The position numbers were made by a program, and so were the translations under genes. A stretch of DNA of 64,000 nucleotides, taken from the NCBI GenBank assembly GCA_035530195.1, contig DATKVG010000043.1, positions 1,375 through 65,374 on the forward strand. The letters run 5' to 3'. The notes under the pieces were generated by a model that ran no database searches, was not told the origin of the DNA, and saw only the letters and a list, made by a program, of their open reading frames with translations. The stretch is from Candidatus Bathyarchaeia archaeon (GTDB lineage Bacteria > Hydrogenedentota > Hydrogenedentia > Hydrogenedentales > SLHB01). Shown here one piece after another: positions 15,629-23,953 of this stretch. Every line of letters begins with the position of its first letter. The first letter of the stretch is position 1.

Positions 15629-17476
15629 TCAGTATTCTTTGCTCTCGTCCTGCAAGATAGCTTGGTATTGTGTTTGAAGATCGGCGGGGAATGCCGCGTT
15701 GTTATGGAGCAGTATCAGCGTGCCGACCTTTATGTCGCCGGTTTCGACCGTTGCGCGGTTGCCGCGGATTTTGAACGGCACGTCGCGAACGCCGCCTGGC
15801 TCGATCGCAACCGCACACTTCGGATCGATCCACGCCGGAAGCGCAAACTCAATCCGCACGTTCTCGCGCAACTTGAACGGATACGCTTCCGGGTGGATTT
15901 CATAATCCAGATTGGTGATGCACAAGATGGCCGTGTCCCACGAGGCAAGCGTGGCGACGTCGATCTTGTCGGGGGCTTTGACGCGCGCATCGTAAGGCTC
16001 GGAGCCCAGGAAACTGGCGCGCGCGAGACGCATCACTCTTCCCCACCCCTGCATGGCCTGGCGCGTGTCTTGAAACTTCTCGCCGACCTTGTGGTCGTAG
16101 TTGAACCAGATGATGCCTTTGGCGCCGCGGCCGAGGTTGAGCAGGAGTTGCGCGGCGAGTTCGTCCGGCGTGGGGACCGGCCGCCTGGGCCGCTGGTCCC
16201 AATCGGCGATCGCCTGCGACCACACCCAAATCGGTTTGGGTTCGGACGCGGCCTTGAGGTCTTCGGTATAGATGGCGGTCTCTTCCAGCCGGGTGCCGTA
16301 CGGATGCGGCCACTTGCTGCTGCTGGGCGCCGTCACCGAGTAGTGGTCCATGCATGGGATGTCGCAGATGCTCGCATACTCGAAAAATTTCACATTCCGG
16401 CACAGCGTGATAAACGTGGGCTTGGTGCGGTCGTACTGGCGGACGGTGTCATCGACGAACAGCATGATGTTCGGCTCGATGGACCAGTCGGGCTCGTCGC
16501 GGACCATCCAGGTCCTTAAGGCGGGATGGCCGCTGAGGCTGCGGACACTGTCGACGTTGACGGGCATGCCCGTGAAGGCGATCGTGCGGAACCCGTACCG
16601 CGGCACGGCCTGGCTGTAGAACTCGTTGTCGGCGGTGCCGCCCTCGACGACCGTGTCCACGTGCAGGCGCCGCAAAAGTTGATACGTTTCGGGCCTGGCG
16701 GTCCACACACCGATGGGGAAGTCGTCTTCGAATGCGCGCCGGTGGGCATAGACGCTCCTGGTCTCGCCACCCGAGACGTAATTCAGCCGCACCACAACGT
16801 ACTCCGACGGCTGGAGCGGTTCTTTGAGCCTGAGGCGCGCGATTGAGTTCGAGCCCGCGTCAAGTTTTTGATCCGCCCATAGGACTTCTTCGGCGGGATG
16901 GCGCATGACGGCCACCGTTTCAAGCCGCACGTCTTTGTCGCCGCCGTTGCGCACATGCACCTCGACGTCGCGCATCCCGGCCATGACGCGGATGAAGGCA
17001 ATCTGCATTGGGCTCTCGACCAGATCCGTCTTTGTGCCGCCTACCGGCCGCCATGTCTCACGGTCCACCCAGGAGAACGAGAACGGTTTGCCGGGCCCGA
17101 ACTCGGGGCTGACGGCGTTGATCTCGAGGATGCCCGACTCGCCCGGATCGAGGCTCGTATTCCACGCCCGGTGCCACGCCAGCGAACCGCCAAGCAACCA
17201 GTGGCTCTCGTCTTCACCGTTGCCGCGCCAGAACGCCAGCCGCACCGGCTTGTCGGACACGTTCGTGTAGTAGACGTGGACGAGCCCGCCCTGGTTGGGC
17301 CGCTCGTTCTGCGGCTCGACGATGTCGGTGGTGTTGCAGCGCGCGGCGCGGTATCCGACGTAGTCGATCCGGACCCGGTTGCCGCCGGCTTGAAGCGTCT
17401 GACTGAATGCGGCGCCCGCAGTGAGCAGGCAAAACAGAAACGGCACGAGATGCGAATTGACAAGTCTCCGGCGCAT
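15629..17476 (-). CDS. Secreted hypothetical protein, possible TIM-barrel glycoside hydrolase
   Basis: The ATG is preceded by AGGAGG and opens a signal peptide (MRRRLVNSHLVPFLFCLLTAGAAFSQ). Codon usage is coherent over 615 aa. The function is inferred only from the operon context of a transporter and a hydrolase. Confidence 0.5.
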   Translation of the reverse strand: MRRRLVNSHLVPFLFCLLTAGAAFSQTLQAGGNRVRIDYVGYRAARCNTTDIVEPQNERPNQGGLVHVYYTNVSDKPVRLAFWRGNGEDESHWLLGGSLAWHRAWNTSLDPGESGILEINAVSPEFGPGKPFSFSWVDRETWRPVGGTKTDLVESPMQIAFIRVMAGMRDVEVHVRNGGDKDVRLETVAVMRHPAEEVLWADQKLDAGSNSIARLRLKEPLQPSEYVVVRLNYVSGGETRSVYAHRRAFEDDFPIGVWTARPETYQLLRRLHVDTVVEGGTADNEFYSQAVPRYGFRTIAFTGMPVNVDSVRSLSGHPALRTWMVRDEPDWSIEPNIMLFVDDTVRQYDRTKPTFITLCRNVKFFEYASICDIPCMDHYSVTAPSSSKWPHPYGTRLEETAIYTEDLKAASEPKPIWVWSQAIADWDQRPRRPVPTPDELAAQLLLNLGRGAKGIIWFNYDHKVGEKFQDTRQAMQGWGRVMRLARASFLGSEPYDARVKAPDKIDVATLASWDTAILCITNLDYEIHPEAYPFKLRENVRIEFALPAWIDPKCAVAIEPGGVRDVPFKIRGNRATVETGDIKVGTLILLHNNAAFPADLQTQYQAILQDESKEY

Positions 17477-17533
17477 TTTGCCTCCTGCGTCTTTCCGGGG
17501 CGCGCTTGTGGAAGCGGCGTTCCCGCCGTTTAC

Positions 17534-19120
17534 CTAGATGCCCAGGGCTTCGTGCAGCCGGTTAAGCAGCGCCAAGCCTTCGCGATGGATGGTCGGCGCG
17601 ACTTCCGGACCTCCCGAGTATTTCTCGCCATACTGGCCCTTGGGTTTGTAGGCGTGCGGCGGCTCGGCGTCCCACTGGCTTTTCGGAACGATATAGCCGA
17701 TTTCATCGTTCGCCAGCCCGATCACCATGTTCATCTTGCCCTTCATGACTTCCTTGCGCAGCGGGGGCACTTCGACCGGCGCGATTTTGAAATCCTGGCC
17801 TTCCGGCGCTTCGACGCCGCCCTCGCAGATCTCCGGGTAAAGCTCGCCGGGGACCGTGAGGATTTCGACGTCGCCGATGCGGATGGCGTTGATCTCCGTG
17901 CGCGCCTTGAAACCCCAGTAGATGCCCGGATGAACCAGGCCCAACGCCATCGCGTATTTGAACATACCTGACAACGGCGCGTAGATCGTCTTTGCGGCGA
18001 TGGTGATGCGCGGCTTCTCGTTTTTCCAGGCCGCCGGGGCGCGCAGGGCGTTGATCGTGAGGATGGCGAGGTTCTCGCCGAGGGCCTCAGCCTTTTCGAA
18101 ACTGGCCTCTTCGAACTTGTCCACGCCGTTGCGGTGCGGCACCGTGGTGTGAAGCTCCGTCATCAGCCCGCCCACCATGCCCTGGAAGTACAGCGCCATC
18201 CCGCCGAAGCCTTGGGCGCCGTTCGGGTCGCGCACGCCGGTTTCGATGCCTTTGCGCCAGTAATGGCTGAAGTCGGAAGTGATGCTGGGATTTCCGCCGC
18301 CGAGCGTTTCGGGGTGGTTGCCCCAGTTGACCATGGTGGCGATGGTGTCGTCGGTGCCGGCTTTGGTGAACCGGGCCGTGCAGATGGTCTTGTCGTACAC
18401 GGTTGGCTGGCGGCTGTCGTCGACCAAACCTTCGGGGGTGATCTCGATGGGGGCGCAATACATGTCGGCGGGCTGCAGGCTGTTGACGGCTTCTTCGACG
18501 GCGTCCTTGCAGGCTTTCTGCACCATGCGCATGTACTCGTGGTCGAAATTCCACGGCCACGGGATCGGCCCGCTCCAGATGCCCATCGTATCGGGCGCCT
18601 CGTGATCGTGGAGGCTCGAAAACATGACATGGTCGATCTTCAGCGATGGGTCGATCGATTTCCTTACCTCGATGAACTTCTGGTGGAAAATGCCGATGCT
18701 GTCGATCGTGACCATGGCCAGCGTCAGGCCGTTGTTCCTGAACGCGATGGCGCGCACCCACAACGGGTCGTGAACCGATTTTGCCGGGCGGTTGCTGTTG
18801 AACCCGGCGATCCAGACTGCGTCGAATTTGCCGTTGCCGTTGCGGTCGGTATAGGTTTCGCCTTTCTTGGGCTCGTACCGGTTGTTATCGTTCGAGTCGT
18901 CGTACGTATCGTATTGCTCGAGGTCCGGCGTGATATCGCGCATCGCCACCCCAACCTCGAGCGTGCCCGGCTCGCCCTCGCCCGTCTTGACATAATCAAT
19001 GCGGTAGGACCTGTACGGCCCCTTCATCCTGTAGCCGAGAAACACCACCAGCAAGACCACGATCAGGATCAGGCCGGTCAGGATCTTGTGACGCCGGATA
19101 AACGAATCTTCGGAAAACAT
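17534..19120 (-). CDS. Membrane-anchored hydrolase resembling the neutral/alkaline ceramidase N-terminal domain family
   Basis: The ATG at 19120 is preceded by AAGGAG and is followed by an N-terminal TM segment (ILTGLILIVVLLVVFLGY). MRDITPD...HDPLWVRAIAFRNNGLTLAMVTIDSIG...SSLHDHEAPD fits the ceramidase_alk-like pattern. The function is tentative. Confidence 0.5.
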   Translation of the reverse strand: MFSEDSFIRRHKILTGLILIVVLLVVFLGYRMKGPYRSYRIDYVKTGEGEPGTLEVGVAMRDITPDLEQYDTYDDSNDNNRYEPKKGETYTDRNGNGKFDAVWIAGFNSNRPAKSVHDPLWVRAIAFRNNGLTLAMVTIDSIGIFHQKFIEVRKSIDPSLKIDHVMFSSLHDHEAPDTMGIWSGPIPWPWNFDHEYMRMVQKACKDAVEEAVNSLQPADMYCAPIEITPEGLVDDSRQPTVYDKTICTARFTKAGTDDTIATMVNWGNHPETLGGGNPSITSDFSHYWRKGIETGVRDPNGAQGFGGMALYFQGMVGGLMTELHTTVPHRNGVDKFEEASFEKAEALGENLAILTINALRAPAAWKNEKPRITIAAKTIYAPLSGMFKYAMALGLVHPGIYWGFKARTEINAIRIGDVEILTVPGELYPEICEGGVEAPEGQDFKIAPVEVPPLRKEVMKGKMNMVIGLANDEIGYIVPKSQWDAEPPHAYKPKGQYGEKYSGGPEVAPTIHREGLALLNRLHEALGI

Positions 19121-19299
19121 GAGAAAACTCCTTATGCAGTCTGGGGATTGCGCCGCAACCGCTGAAAACGCTGGAAGTATAGCACCGCATACGTTGTTTT
19201 CCAATAAGCGTCTGCCGCAGCCCGCGACAGGGCCGGCGAAATGGCGCGACGCCTGTCCATTAGTGTAAGCTGGGGCCGATCGAGTCACGCGGAGAGTCA

Positions 19300-22200
19300 A
19301 TGGAGACGAAACCACTGATCGAGTCGCTCCACGATTATTTTCCTTTTGGATTCCCCGTAACGGGAAGCCAATGGGACTGCATGCAGATGCAGGATCTGTT
19401 GCCGCGGATGGAGTCGGCCTCGGGCGGCGGCTTGAGCATCTACGCGTTGCGCATGCTGGCCGACAGAATCAATGCGCGCCGGGAACACTGCACGTATGCA
19501 ATGCCGGTGGTCCACGCGGGCGACCTTTTGGGCTTCGAACTCCTATCGATCGTCATGCGCTATATGGCCGACGCCTACTGCGTTGTCGGCCACCCGGGAA
19601 CCATGGAGCAGGGAGTGGAGGAAGCGCGCCGCCAGCGCGGGCCTGCCGTTACTGAAAGATCGAGGCCGGCTTTCGTCTCACTTTACCCGCCGCAGGCGGT
19701 GATTGCCGGGCAAACCGCGCCGGAACGGTTCCTTGACGAGTCTTCGCTCGCGCAGGGCCGCCGTTACGCGGTTGCGCGCGAGATGGTCCTGTTGCGCATA
19801 CTCGGCGAGAATCTCGCGCTACGTCCGCTCGACGATCTCTACGACGATGCGGAACTGGCCCGCCAATCGCCTTACGTGGCGCTGGTGGAGACGCTCGAAG
19901 GCTTTTTCGCCCGCCAGCCCGTCTTTTCGGGCTTCGACCTGACGCTCCTCGAATTGTTGCGCGCCCCCGGAAAAGCCCATCCCGATTCGCTCCAGGGCCA
20001 GCTCGAATATATCCTCAAACATTGGGGCGACTATCTGCCCGACGAATTGCGCCAACGGCTGCTGACCGCCATAGGCGTGATCAAGGAAGAGACGCTGCTG
20101 AGAGGATGGGGCCCCGGCCCAAGCCAGGTACTGGATTTCGCCAGCTACGACTACCTGTACCCCGAACCCGCGGCGTTTACCCACGACAAGGACTGGATGT
20201 CCAACGTCGTGCTGATCGCAAAAAGCACGTACGTCTGGCTCGACCAGCTTTCAAGAGAATATCAGCGGGACATTCACCGGCTCGACCAGATCCCCGACGA
20301 GGAACTGACGCGGCTGGCGCGGTGGGGGTTTACGGGCCTGTGGCTGATCGGTTTGTGGGAAAGGTCGCCGGCGTCGCAGCGCGTCAAGCAGATCATGGGC
20401 AACCCCGAAGCCCTCAGCTCCGCCTACTCCCTCTACGATTACGAAATCGCCAAGGATCTCGGCGGCGATGAGGCGTACAAAAACCTCCACGACCGCGCCT
20501 GGCGTCATGGCATCCGCCTCGCGTCGGACATGGTGCCCAACCACGTCGGCCTCTATTCGCGATGGCTGATCGAGCACCCCGACTGGTTTCTCCAACTCGA
20601 CTACCCGCCGTTCCCCAGTTACGGGTTTACCGGTCCAAACCTGTCGCTCGAAGACCGCGTCGGACTCTACATCGAAGACGGCTACTGGGATCACCGGGAC
20701 GCCGCGGTCGTGTTCAAGCGGGTCGATAACTGGACCGGCAACACGCGCTACATCTATCACGGCAACGACGGCACCAGCACGCCATGGAACGACACCGCGC
20801 AGCTCAACTTCCTCATCCCCGAAGTGCGCGAGGCCGTCATCCGCACGATTCTGCACGTCGCAAGCATGTTCCCAATCCTGCGGTTCGACGCCGCCATGAC
20901 GCTGGCCAAGCGCCACTACCAGCGCCTGTGGTTTCCAAAATCCGGTGAGGCCGGCGCGATCCCGTCGAGAGCCGAGCATGGCATGAGCCAGGCCGAGTTC
21001 GACCGGCTGTTCCCGAAAGAATTCTGGCGCGAAGTCGTGGATCGGGTGCAGAAGGAAGCGCCGGATACGCTGCTGCTGGCCGAGGCGTTCTGGCTGATGG
21101 AGGGCTATTTTGTCCGGACGCTCGGCATGCATCGCGTGTATAACAGCGCCTTCATGAACATGCTCAAGGCGGAAGAAAACCTGAAGTACCGCATGACGGT
21201 AAGGAACGTCCTCGAATTCAGCCCCGAAGTCCTCAAGCGGTTCGTCAACTTCATGAACAACCCCGACGAACGCACCGCCGTCGACCAGTTCGGCCGCGAC
21301 GACAAGTATTTCGGCGTCGCCGTCATGATGGTGACGATGCCGGGCCTGCCGATGTTCGGCCACGGCCAGATTGAAGGGCTCACCGAGAAGTACGGCATGG
21401 AATATCGCCGCGCCTACTGGGACGAGCCGGTCGACGAGCACATGGTGTCTCGCCACGAGATGGAAGTCTTCCCGCTGATGCGCAAACGAAACCTGTTCAG
21501 CGGCGTCGAGAACTTCGCGTTCTACGATTGCGTCACGCCCGACGGCTGGGTCGATGAAAACGTCTTCGCCTATTCCAACCGGTCCGGCGACGACCGCGCG
21601 CTCATCGTCTACAACAATGCCTACGCGACCACGCGCGGATCCATCCACACGTCGGTCGCCATCAATTTTGGCGATGCGGAGAATAAAGATCTCCGCCGAA
21701 ACACCCTCGCGGAATCGCTCGGCCTGGATACGCGCAACGATTGCTTCTACATCTTCCGCGACCATCGGACGCGGCTTGAATATCTGCGGTCCGCGGCGGG
21801 CCTGGCCGGGGGCGGGCTGTTCGTCGAGCTGCAAGCATACCAGTACTACGCGTTCGTCGACTTCCGGGCCGTCTACGATACCGACGGCTCGTGGGCACGG
21901 CTGTCCTCCACCTTGAAAGGCCAGGGCGTTCCCAGCATCGACGACGCATACCGGGAGATGTTCCTCGAACCCGTCCACCGGCCGTTCAGGCAGTTCATGA
22001 ACGGCGACACCCTGCGCAAAATCGCCGCCGCCGGCGACGCCGAAGCACGCGAATTATTGGAGGCCGGGTACCGCGAGTTTCTCGCGGCACTCGCCGAGCA
22101 TACGGACCTCGAGGTAAACGCGGATCAAGTCGTGGTGGGGCTGTTTGATGAGTTGCGAGCCGTCCGGCGGTTCGAGGAGAACCTCAAGGGCATCAACGAC

Positions 22201-22854
22201 GCCGCCAAAGCCAAAAAATTTCTGGTCTCGCGGCTGCCAAAAACCACTCCGCCCAAGAAGGCGAAATCTCGCCCAAAAACACAAGCGGCCGCACCCGGCG
22301 TGTCTCCTGAAACGCCGAGTCCCGACGACCCGATCCTGTTCTGGCGGATCCCGACGGCGCTGGTGCTGGCCCATCAGACCAGCAAAGCCCGGGCCGCATT
22401 GGATTTCTCCGTCCATGCCAGCACCGACATCGACCAATGGCTGCTCACGCGGCTCGTGGCGCAGGCGTTCCGCGATCTCGGCAGCGAATACTGCAAAGCC
22501 GAAACCGACGCCCAACTCGTCAAGATCCTCGCCGCCCACCCGGCGCTCCTCGATTTCTTCCCGGGCGGGGGCGGTGCCGTGGCCATGCGCCAGGTGTTGC
22601 GCGACCCGGCCGTCCAGCGCTACCTGCTCATGAACCGCCACCAGGATGTCGTCTGGCTGAACAAAGAGCGGCTCGAAGAGATGGTGTACTGGCTGCTTTT
22701 CGTTTCGGTGGCGGGCCTGATGGCCGGCGAGGCGCTGACCACGGAACTGCTCAACGCGCGGCACGACAACGCCACCCAGATCCTCGACGCCGCCGCGGAA
22801 GCCGGCTACGACCTGGACAAGATGCTGCGCGTCCTTACCGACCACACCGGCTGA
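19300..22854 (+). CDS. Large alpha-amylase-family (GH13-like) protein with long N- and C-terminal extensions
   Basis: GH13 conserved regions are recognisable: DMVPNH (region I), LRFDAAMTLAK (II), LLLAEAFW (III) and FMNNPDE (IV). The ATG is preceded by GGAGAG. Confidence 0.75.
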   Translation: METKPLIESLHDYFPFGFPVTGSQWDCMQMQDLLPRMESASGGGLSIYALRMLADRINARREHCTYAMPVVHAGDLLGFELLSIVMRYMADAYCVVGHPGTMEQGVEEARRQRGPAVTERSRPAFVSLYPPQAVIAGQTAPERFLDESSLAQGRRYAVAREMVLLRILGENLALRPLDDLYDDAELARQSPYVALVETLEGFFARQPVFSGFDLTLLELLRAPGKAHPDSLQGQLEYILKHWGDYLPDELRQRLLTAIGVIKEETLLRGWGPGPSQVLDFASYDYLYPEPAAFTHDKDWMSNVVLIAKSTYVWLDQLSREYQRDIHRLDQIPDEELTRLARWGFTGLWLIGLWERSPASQRVKQIMGNPEALSSAYSLYDYEIAKDLGGDEAYKNLHDRAWRHGIRLASDMVPNHVGLYSRWLIEHPDWFLQLDYPPFPSYGFTGPNLSLEDRVGLYIEDGYWDHRDAAVVFKRVDNWTGNTRYIYHGNDGTSTPWNDTAQLNFLIPEVREAVIRTILHVASMFPILRFDAAMTLAKRHYQRLWFPKSGEAGAIPSRAEHGMSQAEFDRLFPKEFWREVVDRVQKEAPDTLLLAEAFWLMEGYFVRTLGMHRVYNSAFMNMLKAEENLKYRMTVRNVLEFSPEVLKRFVNFMNNPDERTAVDQFGRDDKYFGVAVMMVTMPGLPMFGHGQIEGLTEKYGMEYRRAYWDEPVDEHMVSRHEMEVFPLMRKRNLFSGVENFAFYDCVTPDGWVDENVFAYSNRSGDDRALIVYNNAYATTRGSIHTSVAINFGDAENKDLRRNTLAESLGLDTRNDCFYIFRDHRTRLEYLRSAAGLAGGGLFVELQAYQYYAFVDFRAVYDTDGSWARLSSTLKGQGVPSIDDAYREMFLEPVHRPFRQFMNGDTLRKIAAAGDAEARELLEAGYREFLAALAEHTDLEVNADQVVVGLFDELRAVRRFEENLKGINDAAKAKKFLVSRLPKTTPPKKAKSRPKTQAAAPGVSPETPSPDDPILFWRIPTALVLAHQTSKARAALDFSVHASTDIDQWLLTRLVAQAFRDLGSEYCKAETDAQLVKILAAHPALLDFFPGGGGAVAMRQVLRDPAVQRYLLMNRHQDVVWLNKERLEEMVYWLLFVSVAGLMAGEALTTELLNARHDNATQILDAAAEAGYDLDKMLRVLTDHTG

Positions 22855-23149
22855 TCAATTCAACGTCTGCCGTGGAAGTGCCGTCCCCGCCGTTTCAATC
22901 CCACCGTGCAGACCCAACGCGGCAGGGGCGCCGTGTTAGTTAGCGCTCACGCGACTCGATTTCAAGAAGTGGCTACAGTTTGGCAATTGCGTTAATCTTT
23001 TTCTTTATGCGAGGCGCAATCATCGTACTGATAGGCACGCTATTTGGAATGTACCGCACATGATGCCACAATTTACAGGCATCTCAAGGATTTCATAGAC
23101 AGACCACGAATTCACGGGGAAAGGTCACCGTTCGCCTATGGCAAGCATC

Positions 23150-23548
23150 CTATTTGTTAATAATCGCTTCCGCCCAGGCCATGGTGTCTTGTGCAATGGC
23201 AAGAACTTCGGCGTAATCTTCCTTCGTAGCGAATCCGCTCATGCCTGGATACCGCATTTGAGTTGCATAAATGGTCAATTTCTCGGCTTGCCTGATATCC
23301 TCAGGCACAGTCATGCCCGCCTGCTCCAAACCCTCGAGTAACTGGGCAAGGTCATGCACGAAAGCGAAGCGAAGGTTCCGGCTTCGATATACAGCTTTGA
23401 TTGCAAGTTCCGCAGCTTGTTGCGCCATATAGCACAGGTCTTCCCAAAACGCGCCATCGGGTAATGGCTGACGGGCCAGAAGCAACTTTCCTTTGGCGCG
23501 GCGCAGCCAATCCTCTGGACTGCCAGGCAAAACATCAGGCCCCATCAT
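23150..23548 (-). CDS. hepT: HEPN-domain toxin of a HEPN/MNT toxin-antitoxin pair
   Basis: 132 aa. The R..FAFVHDLAQL context fits an Rx4-6H HEPN motif. It overlaps the upstream MNT gene by 14 nt. Confidence 0.75.
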   Translation of the reverse strand: MMGPDVLPGSPEDWLRRAKGKLLLARQPLPDGAFWEDLCYMAQQAAELAIKAVYRSRNLRFAFVHDLAQLLEGLEQAGMTVPEDIRQAEKLTIYATQMRYPGMSGFATKEDYAEVLAIAQDTMAWAEAIINK

Positions 23549-23855
23549 AGACCACCTTGCCTTCAGTGAAAGCGGTGTGAATGATCATGGTTGGATTATC
23601 GCGCATGGCTTCGACGTCGCTTTGCAGCGCCACAACGATATCCTTTGCGCAGCCCAGCTTACGTAGCCGGTGGTGCAAGCGGTAGGCAATTTGAAGCCTG
23701 TCCGATCCGTCCGGCATGACGACCAACAAGTCTAAATCACTGTCCGGCCCTGCTTCACCGCGCATTACGGAACCAAATACGACGATTCGGAGTGGATGCA
23801 CCTCGTCAACGATTTGGTGTACGGCCTCATCCATGGCTTCCACGGGCGAAATCAT
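23535..23855 (-). CDS. mntA: Minimal nucleotidyltransferase (MNT) antitoxin
   Basis: The ATG at 23855 is preceded by AAGGAGG. IVVFGSVMRGEAGPDSDLDLLVV is the GS...DxD nucleotidyltransferase motif. The longer ORF-track start at 24218 would overlap the 3' end of the activase gene. Confidence 0.8.
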   Translation of the reverse strand: MISPVEAMDEAVHQIVDEVHPLRIVVFGSVMRGEAGPDSDLDLLVVMPDGSDRLQIAYRLHHRLRKLGCAKDIVVALQSDVEAMRDNPTMIIHTAFTEGKVVYDGA

Positions 23856-23953
23856 TCCGGCCCTCCTTAGACCATTGTGGTTCTCTTCTCGCCCAAAAAT
23901 CAACAAACACTTGTACCATTCTATTCTACTGTTATCAAGCTTTGCCTGCGCCT

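Noticed and set aside
20251-21978. 575-aa minus-strand ORF
   Set aside because: It is antisense to the GH13-like gene, which carries all four alpha-amylase conserved regions.
22855-23149. Looked for a gene, integrase remnant or terminator between the GH13-like gene and the HEPN gene
   Set aside because: No ORF has a plausible start/RBS or recognisable motif. Only weak imperfect hairpins are present. The interval is left unannotated, apart from noting its AT-richer composition.
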